From Candidatus Thalassarchaeum betae (GTDB taxonomy: Archaea > Thermoplasmatota > Poseidoniia > Poseidoniales > Thalassarchaeaceae): a stretch of DNA of 59,705 bases. The DNA lies in NCBI GenBank assembly GCA_003193925.1, contig PSPG01000010.1:1-59705 (forward strand). Direction: 5' to 3'. Shown piece by piece: positions 25,119 to 34,340 of this stretch. The position numbers were made by a program, and so were the translations under genes. Position 1 is the first letter of the stretch. Every line of letters begins with the position of its first letter. The notes beneath the pieces were generated by a model. It was given only the letters and a program-made list of their open reading frames with translations, was not told the DNA's origin and made no database searches.

Positions 25119-26621
25119 TTAAACCGATGCCTTCCTCTTGGCAGCGTCGCTGCGCTTGCTCTCGACCTTCGCCAGATACTCCTCGGTGATGCCGCCGGTG
25201 ACGTACACGCCGTTGAAGCAAGAGCAGTCGAAATTGGCGAGGTCAGTGTCGCCTGCGCCGAGGCACGCCTCGACCAAGTCAGGCAACCCCTGGTAGAGCA
25301 GCCAGTCGGCGCCGATGGCCTCGCGAATCTGGTCTATGGTGCGGTTGTGGGCGATGTACTCGTCGCGTGCTGGCATGTCGATTCCATACACGTTAGGGTG
25401 CACGATAGGAGGGGCTGAGGAGGCGAAGAAGACCTGCTTAGCTCCGGCCTGCTTGGCCATCTCGACGATTCTGCGCGATGTGTTGCCCCGAACTATGCTG
25501 TCGTCCACGATCATCACGATCTTGCCTGCGAACTCCTCCTCGATGGTGTTGAGCTTCTTCTTGACCGAGTCCTTTCGCAGGGATTGTCCGGGCATGATGA
25601 ACGTCCTGCCGATGTAGCGGTTCTTGACGAAGCCCTCCCTGAAAGGCACATCTAGCTCCTTCGCCATTTCCACAGCGGCGATCCTCCCGCTGTCAGGTAC
25701 TGGCATGACCGCCTCGATGCGGTGGTCGGGCCTCTCCTGCTGGACCCTCCGGGCCAGCGCGGCGCCCATCCTAAGTCGGGCCCCGTGCACAGAGACCCCG
25801 TCGAGGACCGAGTCGGGCCTAGCGAAGTAGACGTGCTCGAAGATGCACGGCGTGTGAACAGGCTCAGAGTGGCACGCCTTCGATGAGAACGAGCCGTCCA
25901 TGCGCACGACCACCGCCTCACCGGGTGCCACGTCGCGGTCCATCTCAAAGCCGAGTGTCTTGCAGACGACGCTCTCGGAGGCGATCACGCGCTCCGTGAA
26001 GCCGTCGGCCTCATTGGTCCCCATGAACAGCGGCCGGATGCCGTTCGGGTCGCGGAAGGCCACAACGCCCCAGCCTGTGATCACAGTGACCACGCTGTAG
26101 CTGCCCTCGGCCCTCAGGTGAGTGCGGCCGACGGCTCGGAAGATGTCGTCCTCGGTGAGAGCGTCCAGGCCGCCGGGTCGGCCGTTGACCGAGCGCTGTA
26201 TCTCCGCTGCGAACAGGTTCAGCAGGGCCTCGGAGTCGGAACTGGTGTTGATCCTCCTGTGATCGTACTCCAGCAGTCCGTTGATGATATCGGTGGTGTT
26301 GTTCAGGTTGCCGTTGTGAGCGAGGCTGACGCCGAACGGAGTGTTGGTGTAAAACGGCTGGGCCTCGGCCGCCGAACTCGAGCCGGCCGTGGGGTAGCGG
26401 ACGTGGCCTATTCCCATCGAGCCTTTGAGGTTAGACATGTGCTTCGACCTGAAGACGTCGCGAACGAGGCCATTGGCTCGGCGGTGCGAGATGTTGTCAG
26501 AATCGCTAGTCACTATGCCGGCGGCGTCCTGTCCACGATGCTGCAGGACCAGTATGCCATCGTAGATGCAGCCTGCGACCTGGGAGTCCGGATGCCCCAC
26601 GATTCCGATGATACCGCACAT
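25119..26621 (-). CDS. purF: Amidophosphoribosyltransferase
   Basis: MCG N-terminus, QHRGQD, HVRYPTAG, VDDSIVRG. Confidence 0.96.
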   Translation of the reverse strand: MCGIIGIVGHPDSQVAGCIYDGILVLQHRGQDAAGIVTSDSDNISHRRANGLVRDVFRSKHMSNLKGSMGIGHVRYPTAGSSSAAEAQPFYTNTPFGVSLAHNGNLNNTTDIINGLLEYDHRRINTSSDSEALLNLFAAEIQRSVNGRPGGLDALTEDDIFRAVGRTHLRAEGSYSVVTVITGWGVVAFRDPNGIRPLFMGTNEADGFTERVIASESVVCKTLGFEMDRDVAPGEAVVVRMDGSFSSKACHSEPVHTPCIFEHVYFARPDSVLDGVSVHGARLRMGAALARRVQQERPDHRIEAVMPVPDSGRIAAVEMAKELDVPFREGFVKNRYIGRTFIMPGQSLRKDSVKKKLNTIEEEFAGKIVMIVDDSIVRGNTSRRIVEMAKQAGAKQVFFASSAPPIVHPNVYGIDMPARDEYIAHNRTIDQIREAIGADWLLYQGLPDLVEACLGAGDTDLANFDCSCFNGVYVTGGITEEYLAKVESKRSDAAKRKASV

Positions 26622-26669
26622 CGGATACCGTACGGGCCTGACGGTCCGGGCCTTAGCACTTTCCGGGAA

Positions 26670-26855
26670 TCACTTGCGCTCGGCCATCGAGCGGTTGCGC
26701 TTGCTCCACCTGTACTTGCGCATCCTAGCGGTGGCGCCGTAGCCGCAGTGGGCGCAGACGCCCTTGGTCTTGTGGTAGGAGTGCTTGCCGCAACGGCGAC
26801 AGCGGATGTGCGTCGACTTCTGTCGCTTGCCCATGCTCGGGGTTCCCTTCGACAT
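26670..26855 (-). CDS. rpl37e: 50S ribosomal protein L37e
   Basis: [14 protein letters not shown]...CAHCG. Confidence 0.96.
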   Translation of the reverse strand: MSKGTPSMGKRQKSTHIRCRRCGKHSYHKTKGVCAHCGYGATARMRKYRWSKRNRSMAERK

Positions 26856-26923
26856 CGCTACCACCTATCTGGACAGCGCGGCGACCGGCCCCCGTGTTAT
26901 GAGAGTTACCTAGGGGAAATGAG

Positions 26924-27286
26924 TCACGCAGAGCCGGATTTGGCCTCCAGCAGTGCGAGCAAAGGGTCCTCGGGACGCTTTCTGAACGAAGCCCTGAGCA
27001 GCATCACTGTGAGAATCATGAAGGCCAGTGGGAGGATCCTGATGATCGCCAGTACCCCCTCGGCCATAGTCAGCCTCAGTGCATCCAGACCGAACTCGAC
27101 GTCGTGAGCCCCCGCCGTCGCATAGGTCGCGAGAACGATGACGGTGAAGGCGCCCAGCACCGGCACCGCGGGACGGTGGTATGGGTTGATGGTGCCGAGC
27201 AGCGCGAGCAGCACGCACAGCGAGGTCAGCGCTGCCGCCCCGGCAAAGGCGGTGATGGCAAACACCAGTTCAGGGCTCACCGCCAT
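26924..27286 (-). CDS. Hypothetical membrane protein
   Basis: About 3 hydrophobic helices; overlaps the upstream gene; start uncertain. Confidence 0.55.
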   Translation of the reverse strand: MAVSPELVFAITAFAGAAALTSLCVLLALLGTINPYHRPAVPVLGAFTVIVLATYATAGAHDVEFGLDALRLTMAEGVLAIIRILPLAFMILTVMLLRASFRKRPEDPLLALLEAKSGSA

Positions 27287-27815
27287 CACCCCTCAAGTGT
27301 CGACTCAGCACGCTCTCGACGTAACGCCTCTCCCTCTCGGTGAGCGGCTCGGTCACCGGCTCGGGCGGTACCATCCTCTCGGCGGTCCTGACGCAGAGCG
27401 CGAAGACCAGCAGCGCCAGCGTCGCTCCCGGCAGCACGGCCAGGGACAGCAAAAAATCAGACGGGCTGATCCCCGCTGCGACTGCATAGACCTCGTACCA
27501 AGCCACGGCGATCAGCAGCCAGCCCGCCAGCAGGGCCGGCGGGCGGCTCTTCCAGTACAACGGGGCCCCCAACATGACCAGAGTGGCGCCGAAGACCCCG
27601 GGAACTACCCAGAACATCGAATCAACCATCGCCTGAACCAGCCCCGCCTCAGGCTCGGGGAGCTCTTGCGTGTGGACCAGCATGACGGCGAGGCCGAGCA
27701 GGGCCACCGGCGCGCCGAAGCGGTGGCGCTTGAATGCCGGGCCAGTCCTGTGCATCGCTATGCCGACGATAGACAGCGCGAGGCCGAGCCACACCTGCAG
27801 GGCCCAAGGGGACAT
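27270..27815 (-). CDS. Hypothetical membrane protein
   Basis: About 5 TM segments and a charged C-terminal helix. Confidence 0.6.
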   Translation of the reverse strand: MSPWALQVWLGLALSIVGIAMHRTGPAFKRHRFGAPVALLGLAVMLVHTQELPEPEAGLVQAMVDSMFWVVPGVFGATLVMLGAPLYWKSRPPALLAGWLLIAVAWYEVYAVAAGISPSDFLLSLAVLPGATLALLVFALCVRTAERMVPPEPVTEPLTERERRYVESVLSRHLRGDGGEP

Positions 27816-27957
27816 GGCCTGCGGCGTGCTTAGGCATTACATCGTATTTACGCAATCGGCCACTGGTGACTGCGCCTTCCTGCTGCGCAGGAGCCTCGAT
27901 AGAGTTCATAAACGGGCCATCGGTGGCCGCGTCGTCGCAAGACGCAGAGGTGAAGTC

Positions 27958-28239
27958 ATGGTGAAGATGCCACGTACGGTGAAGCGTTACAGCCCCGCTG
28001 CTGGAAAGCACACCGAGCACACCGTCGAACGCGTCAAGAAGCGACGTGCTAGCGAACTGAAGTGGGGTCAGCGCCGATTCCGTCGAGTCACTGCGGGTTA
28101 CCGCGGTTTCCCTCGGCCGAAGCCGTCCGGCGAGAAGCCGACCAAGCGCGTCAACCTGATTTACCGATGCAACGAGACCGGCAAGGCGCACTCGCCCGCC
28201 GGGAAGCGAGCTAGGAAGTTCGAGTTAATCGACAAGTGA
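27958..28239 (+). CDS. rpl44e: 50S ribosomal protein L44e (eL42)
   Basis: MPRT...KHTEH, WGQRRFRR, GFPRP, KPTKR; GAGGTGA RBS at 27947-27953. Confidence 0.94.
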   Translation: MVKMPRTVKRYSPAAGKHTEHTVERVKKRRASELKWGQRRFRRVTAGYRGFPRPKPSGEKPTKRVNLIYRCNETGKAHSPAGKRARKFELIDK

Positions 28240-28252
28240 TTGAGGTATTGGG

Positions 28253-28423
28253 ATGAGTGGAAGGTTCCTGCGTGTGAACTGCCGTGACTGCGGTCACGAG
28301 GCCATCATCTTCGACAGGGCGTCGACCTCGATCCCCTGCTCCATCTGCGGTGCGACTCTGGCTCGCCCCATCGGGGGCAAGGCAGATCTGTCCGGAAGCA
28401 CGATTGAAGACGTCCTCGAGTGA
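28253..28423 (+). CDS. rps27e: 30S ribosomal protein S27e (56 aa, absent from the ORF track)
   Basis: Manual translation MSGRFLRVNCRDCGHEAIIFDRASTSIPCSICGATLARPIGGKA...; conserved position between rpl44e and aIF2alpha. Confidence 0.95.
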   Translation: MSGRFLRVNCRDCGHEAIIFDRASTSIPCSICGATLARPIGGKADLSGSTIEDVLE

Positions 28424-28436
28424 AGGGGGCGTGGTA

Positions 28437-29225
28437 ATGGACGGCGCGGACGACTGGCCCGAGGAGGGTGATCTCCTCGTCTGCACCGTCAAGGACGTCC
28501 GCGAGAACGGAGCCTACCTCAATCTGGACACTTATGAAGGCCGCCGTGGCTTCGTCTTCATCGGGGAAGTCGCCGCCGGGTGGGTCAAGAACATCAGGTC
28601 CCACCTCAGAGTGGGCCAGCGGGTCGTGGCTAGGGTAATCCAGATCAAGAAGGACAGGCAGAGGGTCGAGCTCTCCATCAAGTCCGTCTCCGAAGAGCGC
28701 AAGAGGGACACCCTGCAGGCTTGGAAGAACAAGAAGCGTGCCGAGCAGATCATGCGCGTCGCGGCCGAGCGGGTCGGATGGGGCGAGGACAAGTCGGCGG
28801 TCGTGTGTGATGAGATGGAGGAGATCTTCGGAACGCTGTATGGCGCGCTTGAGGAGTGCACCATCAGCGATACTGCTCTTGCCGACGCCGGCTTCTCAGG
28901 CGACGACTGGATGACCGTCGTCACCGAGTTGGCCGTCGAGAACATCGTACCCCCGTTCGTTGAGATTCGCGGCGAGTTCGACATCCAGGTCTGGGGGCCT
29001 GAGGGGGTCAACGCGATTCGTGAGGCTCTGCTCGCCGCCGAGGCCTGCGCGCTCGACCTCGAGGAAGTCACACTGACATGCCACTACGACGGGGCTCCCC
29101 ACTACCGGGTCGACATCCGAGCCCCAGACTATCAAGCAGCCGAGTCAGTCTGGGAGGCGGCCCAGAAGGCGGTCTCGGACAGCATGTCCTCGGTCGATGG
29201 CTCAATCACCGCCGAACGCGCCTGA
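28437..29225 (+). CDS. eif2a: Translation initiation factor aIF2 alpha subunit
   Basis: WPEEGDL S1 domain, GWVKNIR, GAPHYR...APDY. Confidence 0.93.
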   Translation: MDGADDWPEEGDLLVCTVKDVRENGAYLNLDTYEGRRGFVFIGEVAAGWVKNIRSHLRVGQRVVARVIQIKKDRQRVELSIKSVSEERKRDTLQAWKNKKRAEQIMRVAAERVGWGEDKSAVVCDEMEEIFGTLYGALEECTISDTALADAGFSGDDWMTVVTELAVENIVPPFVEIRGEFDIQVWGPEGVNAIREALLAAEACALDLEEVTLTCHYDGAPHYRVDIRAPDYQAAESVWEAAQKAVSDSMSSVDGSITAERA

Positions 29226-29288
29226 GTGATGCGTTCGAGGCATAGACTTCATTGACCCTTCCAAGCGGAAGCGGACTTCGGGGATTGG

Positions 29289-29510
29289 ATGGTCCGCACC
29301 AAGCTTCAGCGCTGCACCGCCTGCGGAGAGTACGGCCTAGAGGTCAGGTGCAAGGAGTGCGGTGCGGCTATGGTGGCAGTCTCTCCGATGAAGTACTCGC
29401 CCGAGGACCCGCAGGGCGCGAGGCGCAGGATGAGGCTGGACGTGGGCAGTAAGGAATGGTTGGAGTCGCTTCCGACCCCGCGCGAGGACGCAGGGGGCGA
29501 GGAGGAGTGA
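29289..29510 (+). CDS. nop10: H/ACA RNP protein Nop10
   Basis: CTACGEY...CKECG...PMKYSPEDP; conserved gene order. Confidence 0.9.
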   Translation: MVRTKLQRCTACGEYGLEVRCKECGAAMVAVSPMKYSPEDPQGARRRMRLDVGSKEWLESLPTPREDAGGEEE

Positions 29511-30268
29511 GTCGCACGAAGATATACTGGCTGGTGGGCGACGGCCTTCCCGAACACGTCGCCATGATGGAGGCGGTGCCCGGAGTGGGCAACGTCGGTA
29601 AGCTGGTGATCGACTCGCTCGTCGAGAAGCACCCCTCTCGCATCATCGGCTGGATCCTGCACCCGGACTTCCCACCCCACTCGACTCTGGACGAGAACGG
29701 TCTAGTCGCCCCTCCCCGAATCAGCATCAACTCGGTCATCCTGCCCGACGGTAGAACCGTAATCACAGTTGGCGGCCCGCTGCAGCCGATGACGGCCGCC
29801 GGCCAGTACGAAGTCGCAGAGAGCATCCTCGCGCTCGCCGCCGAGTCCGAAACCCCTCAGCTCCTGGTACTAGCCGGACTCGCGGCGGGAACCGATGACA
29901 AGGGCGTCCACGTCATCTGCGCCGACGCCTCTGTCAGGGAGAATCTGGAGGCTAACGACATCCCGGTGAGCAGGGAGCACCCCGAGGCCGGGATGATAGG
30001 AATCGCAGGCCTGCTGGTCGCGCTTTCGCCGCTGCACGGCGTGCCCACCATCGGACTGGTCGCCGAGACCCTCGGCGCCAGTACCGATGTGCTGGCGGCA
30101 GACCGGCTGGCATCGTGGATCGAGGCAGGCCTCGACCTGCCCCTGGGCCTCGATCTTGACTCCACCGAGGAAACTGCGAGGAATCTCATGGCCACCGTGG
30201 AGATCGGCAGCTCGCTGGAGGACACGCTCACGGAAGAGTCAGAGGGCTCCAGCGACTTCTACGTCTGA
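29507..30268 (+). CDS. PAC2-family proteasome assembly chaperone
   Basis: PGVGNVGKL, DFPP, GIAGLL; C-terminal ...FYV; follows nop10. Confidence 0.85.
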   Translation: MSRTKIYWLVGDGLPEHVAMMEAVPGVGNVGKLVIDSLVEKHPSRIIGWILHPDFPPHSTLDENGLVAPPRISINSVILPDGRTVITVGGPLQPMTAAGQYEVAESILALAAESETPQLLVLAGLAAGTDDKGVHVICADASVRENLEANDIPVSREHPEAGMIGIAGLLVALSPLHGVPTIGLVAETLGASTDVLAADRLASWIEAGLDLPLGLDLDSTEETARNLMATVEIGSSLEDTLTEESEGSSDFYV

Positions 30269-30278
30269 ATCATCGGGG

Positions 30279-30479
30279 TCAACCACCCGACGAGACCACG
30301 ATGAGCTCCAGCCGTATGTCCGACTCGATGAGGGAGGTGTGAGGCACAATCGCATCGCCGTGCACGGCCAGAACCGTGGAGGCAGGGATGTCCAGCCGCT
30401 CCAGCAACTCCAAGATGGTCAGTGGGGCCTTGGAATCCACTGACAGGAGCTCTCCGTCGTGCTCGACCTCCACCCTCAT
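30279..30479 (-). CDS. ThiS/MoaD-family ubiquitin-like protein (SAMP2-like)
   Basis: 66-aa beta-grasp pattern ending IVVSSGG. Confidence 0.8.
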   Translation of the reverse strand: MRVEVEHDGELLSVDSKAPLTILELLERLDIPASTVLAVHGDAIVPHTSLIESDIRLELIVVSSGG

Positions 30480-30534
30480 CGGGCCTGCGAGGGCTAGTCA
30501 GGCTTATCTCTAATCCGCAGGTGGCGGATTCGCT

Positions 30535-30620
30535 GCCGAGATCGCATAGCCCGGTATTGCGGTGGATTCGAAATCCACTGTCCATTGGACGCGGGGGTTC
30601 AAATCCCTCTCTCGGCGCCA
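30535..30620 (+). tRNA. tRNA-Ser(CGA)
   Basis: GCCGAGA...TCTCGGCGCCA; anticodon arm GTGGA-TT-CGA-AA-TCCAC; long variable arm. Confidence 0.95.
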
Positions 30621-30621
30621 T

Positions 30622-32472
30622 TCAGAACCCAGGTACTTCCGAGGCGTCGCGTAGCACCACGAGGCGCCCGCCCGGACCTATCCGGACCTGCGGCTGGCCG
30701 TTGAACTCGCCGATCTCCCCGTTGAGTATGGCTATCTCGTCGCCTCGCGATACGCCTGCAGCGGCAATCGGAATGAACTGCCTGAACGCGACCACCCCTG
30801 CAGAACCCGTCTGGTCGACCAAGGTAACCGACCACCTCGTGACGCCAACTCCGTCAGGGAAGGCATTGATCGACCAGACCCTGCCGATGGCGTTGACCTT
30901 GGTCTCGATGTCGACGATGGGAGCGGAGTCGGAGTCGTCTGCGATCGCCACAGATGACTTGGCGTCGAGATCGAGGACTATCTCGCCGCGCCAGACTGAC
31001 GCCATCGTGTTGTCGATCCTGACTCGGCTGCCGTTGGTTATCGCCCGCGTCACGTCGGTGGGACTGCCGTATCGCGACGGCTGGACCTTGGCGCGGTCGT
31101 AGCCCTCCTGCAGGGTAAACGACAGATCGACGGTGCCGTCGGCTGACAGATTCGGGCCACGCAGCCCCGAGACCTCTCCGACCGCGCTGACGCGGGTCAC
31201 TATCTCGCCCAATGGGGTCACCGGCCAGCGGTGTCCGAAGCGGTCGATGCTGCGCTCCAGCGGCAGCTCTAGTTCGTGCTCGCTGCCCTCGCACACGCCC
31301 CTCAGCTCGCAGTGGGTGCAGCGGGCCCTAGGGTCCGGGTCGACCGGTGTCGCAGAGGGCACACCCCCCTCGTCGAAGTAGCGCAACGGAGCAGGGTCGG
31401 CTGGGCACTCAGTGATCGACGGGTCGCGAGCGTGGATTTTCTGATAGAGCTCCTCGAGCTCCTCGGTGAGTGCCTCCATCTCCTCACCGCTGGGTCTGGG
31501 GACGTCCTTTACCGTGCCCGGGCCAAGATACCAAATCTCCAGCGACTCGACCTCGTCTGCCCGTCCGTGGGTCTCCCACCAAAGCCAACCGTAGAGGCGC
31601 AGTTGCTCGAGGTAGCCGCCTGAGCGGTCGCCCTTGCCGATTGAGGCTTTGAGGTCGACGATGCGAATCCTCCCGGTCCAGTCATACACCATGTCGTACT
31701 CGCCCTGGAACCACTCCTCGGGGTGTGAGGTGGTATGCTTCCACTGCCCCGCATCCGGATCGACGAACCACGGGCGCGCGACTTCCCAGGCCTCGCACCA
31801 CGTGATGTCGCCCGACCCGCGCGCGGCGGGGTGGACCTCGTTCCAGGTGCGCGGGAAGCCGTCGGGGGCGGGCCAATCGCCTCTCGGGCCGCCTTTGCGC
31901 CAATCGGCGAGCCCCGGGCCTCCGCCAGCCTTCATGCAGGCCTGAACCTGGTCGAGATGGAGGCGCAACCCAGCCCTGGTCATCTTGAGCGCCTCGTCGG
32001 GGTCGGCCTCACCGGCTGAGCCGACCCGGTTCGGAATCGACTCCCAGTCGAGCACGGCCGCGTCCCAGCAGGCCTCGAAGTGGGTCTCAGCTCTGGCCAT
32101 CGCCCACGCCTCGAGCGAGTCCCGATCCGTGGGCCACTGGTCCTCGGGCAGTTCGCCCAACGTGGGAGCGGGCCAAGCCAACGGGTTGTCGTAAGCGGGT
32201 GAGCCATCGTCGAGCAAAGGCGAGGTCATTACGTCGTCGGCGTCGTCGGCGACGAGCACAGGGGAGTCGCGGAGGACCCGGCAGATGCACTCCTCCACCG
32301 CGTTGCCACGTATGATCTGGGGCGGTAGGGGACTCTTCAGGCGCTCCATGTAGGTGTAGTACCAGAGTCTGTTGCAGGACTTCCAGAGGATGACCTGGGA
32401 GGCGGACAGCCTGCGGTAGGGATTCACCCCCACGCTCTCTGGATCGCCCCTCCTGACCGGCACGACAGGCAA
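30622..32472 (-). CDS. PD-(D/E)XK nuclease (Cas4/AddB-like) fused to C-terminal OB-fold domains
   Basis: LSASQ...C.R, RGNAVE, GEYD...IVDLKAS, QLRLY, CTHCELRGVC; OB motifs (LVDQTG, NGEIGEFNGQPQV). Confidence 0.8.
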   Translation of the reverse strand: MPVVPVRRGDPESVGVNPYRRLSASQVILWKSCNRLWYYTYMERLKSPLPPQIIRGNAVEECICRVLRDSPVLVADDADDVMTSPLLDDGSPAYDNPLAWPAPTLGELPEDQWPTDRDSLEAWAMARAETHFEACWDAAVLDWESIPNRVGSAGEADPDEALKMTRAGLRLHLDQVQACMKAGGGPGLADWRKGGPRGDWPAPDGFPRTWNEVHPAARGSGDITWCEAWEVARPWFVDPDAGQWKHTTSHPEEWFQGEYDMVYDWTGRIRIVDLKASIGKGDRSGGYLEQLRLYGWLWWETHGRADEVESLEIWYLGPGTVKDVPRPSGEEMEALTEELEELYQKIHARDPSITECPADPAPLRYFDEGGVPSATPVDPDPRARCTHCELRGVCEGSEHELELPLERSIDRFGHRWPVTPLGEIVTRVSAVGEVSGLRGPNLSADGTVDLSFTLQEGYDRAKVQPSRYGSPTDVTRAITNGSRVRIDNTMASVWRGEIVLDLDAKSSVAIADDSDSAPIVDIETKVNAIGRVWSINAFPDGVGVTRWSVTLVDQTGSAGVVAFRQFIPIAAAGVSRGDEIAILNGEIGEFNGQPQVRIGPGGRLVVLRDASEVPGF

Positions 32473-32511
32473 CGAAAGTCGAGGCTCTATGAACCCAACG
32501 AGAAGTGCTCG

Positions 32512-33657
32512 CTACTGGTCATTGTCCTTGAGCCACACTAGGGTGACTTCCATCCTCTCGAAGGTCGGCGTCACCTCGACCATCGCCACCGCGGCTTCGA
32601 CGTCCTCGGCTATCGTCTCGGCCACCACCAGCGGCAGTTCGATGCGCCCGTTCTCGGCGTCCCAGAGCATGAACCGGCGCGGCAGGTCGGTCTGCTCGAT
32701 GATCTCATCAATCCAAGCGGCCTGGTCCTCCTCGGAGGAATAGACCGCGCCGAACATCAGCGTCGCGTCCTCAGTCAGCGTCTCGTGCGGCGCGATGGTC
32801 GCCTCCCCCCTCCTGAGGAAGCGCCTGCGAAGCTGCCCGGCGTCCTTGTAGACGGAAGTGCAGAACTTGAGGTGGTAGCCGTAGGGCTCACGCAGCTCGC
32901 CGTCAAGCGGGTCCGGCTCGCCGCGCTCGGCGGCCATGACTCGGTCGCGCAGCGCCAGTGCCAGTTCTGAGGAGCCCGCAGCGCCAGCGGTGATCTCTGT
33001 GGAGAGGTTGAATCCGCGCAGCTCCATGTTGTCGATGTTGCCCACGGTGATCTCGAGCTCGTTCAGATTGAGGAACGAGACTTCGAAGCCACGCAGCGTC
33101 TCGAGGAGCTCAAACAGCTCGGACTCCTTGTCCGGCTCGCACGGCAGCTCGACGCCGGTGGAGATGCCCGCGGCTGAGCAGGCTGCGATGGTCTGGCGGT
33201 ACTGCTCGGCCTCCAAGTCTAGGAAGTGGAAGCGGATCTCGTCAAGCCCGGCTTGGGCGAACTCGTTCGCTCCCTCGGGCCGGAACGGGATGCTAGTGTA
33301 CATGTGCAGGTGGAAGGAGGAGCCGAACTCGCCCTTCAGCCGCCTGATTCCCTCCAGAGTGCGCTCGCGCGCCATCAGCGGGTCGCCGCCGGTTATGCCA
33401 GCACCCGTCGCGCGCATAGCCCGCGCCTCCTCGATGACCTCGTCGAAGTTGTCGCATTGGCGCTCGTTGGCGAACATGTGGTCGATGTCGCGGCGGGTCT
33501 CGGAGAGCGGGCAGTAGTCGCAGCGCCAGTGGCAGTTTCCGGTGACGAAGAGCACCAGCTTGCTGCCCATCTGGCACTGGATGCAGCCCTCGGCATCGGC
33601 CTCCTCGGGTGGCTCGTGCAGGTCGGGGACCTGCGGTAGCCGCAGGCTGATGCTCAT
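32512..33657 (-). CDS. Radical SAM protein (archaeal COG2108-like)
   Basis: GCIQC, VTGNCHWRCDYCPLS, ITGGDP, LDEIRFH, LNLNELE. Confidence 0.85.
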   Translation of the reverse strand: MSISLRLPQVPDLHEPPEEADAEGCIQCQMGSKLVLFVTGNCHWRCDYCPLSETRRDIDHMFANERQCDNFDEVIEEARAMRATGAGITGGDPLMARERTLEGIRRLKGEFGSSFHLHMYTSIPFRPEGANEFAQAGLDEIRFHFLDLEAEQYRQTIAACSAAGISTGVELPCEPDKESELFELLETLRGFEVSFLNLNELEITVGNIDNMELRGFNLSTEITAGAAGSSELALALRDRVMAAERGEPDPLDGELREPYGYHLKFCTSVYKDAGQLRRRFLRRGEATIAPHETLTEDATLMFGAVYSSEEDQAAWIDEIIEQTDLPRRFMLWDAENGRIELPLVVAETIAEDVEAAVAMVEVTPTFERMEVTLVWLKDNDQ

Positions 33658-34277
33658 GCGCTACCCCCGTTCGCCGCCGTCTCCAACAGCCAGCGGTGGA
33701 AGCCAATATCGGTCGACAGCTCGGGGTGGAAGGTCAGGGCCAGCCTGTTGCCGGTCATGACTCCAACGACCTCATCGCCGTGGAGCACGGCCACCTCGGA
33801 CCCCTCGCCGTTGGACGAGAAGCGCGGGGCGCGGATGAAGACGCCTGGGAAGTCGCGCCCCAGCAGAGAGGCCTCGAGGGTGGCTTGGAACGAGTCGGCC
33901 TGGCGGCCGTACGCGTTGCGGTCGATCACAGCGTCGACCAGTGGGCCGCCGCCGTCCCGCGGGTCGGCTAGAAGGATTGCCCCCGCGCACGTGCCTAACA
34001 CTGGGCGCGTGTCGTTGCTGCGTATCCACTCGAAGAGAGCCGGAAGGAGGCCGGAGGCCGGGTCGGTGCCGGTGAGCCGCATGGTCGTGGACTCCCCTCC
34101 GGGTATGACTATGGCATCGGGGTCTGCGGCGGCGAGGTCAGAGGCCTTGCGCAGTTCGTGAATCTCGACCTCGATGTCGGACTCATCGGCCGCCAGTCGC
34201 AGCGCCGCAATGTGGACGTGGCGGGCGCCCTGCAGCATGACGAGGCCTACGCGAAGCACATCTCTCCGTCCGGCCAC
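33654..34277 (-). CDS. pdxT: PLP synthase glutaminase subunit
   Basis: LQG, PGGESTT, GTCAG, RNAYGRQ, FIRAP, FHPEL. Confidence 0.94.
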   Translation of the reverse strand: MAGRRDVLRVGLVMLQGARHVHIAALRLAADESDIEVEIHELRKASDLAAADPDAIVIPGGESTTMRLTGTDPASGLLPALFEWIRSNDTRPVLGTCAGAILLADPRDGGGPLVDAVIDRNAYGRQADSFQATLEASLLGRDFPGVFIRAPRFSSNGEGSEVAVLHGDEVVGVMTGNRLALTFHPELSTDIGFHRWLLETAANGGSA

Positions 34278-34340
34278 CCGAAAATTAACCCTGTCGTGGG
34301 CTCCGATGGGCTGAAAGACCCGAAGCGGGCGCGTCGGGCC

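Noticed and set aside
27915-27945. Small hairpins before the rpl44e RBS as an autoregulatory leader
   Set aside because: Stems of 5-6 bp are expected by chance at this GC content and partly lie upstream of the likely transcription start.
30622-32472. Cas4-like gene as evidence for CRISPR-Cas
   Set aside because: No repeat-spacer array or other cas genes in the window.
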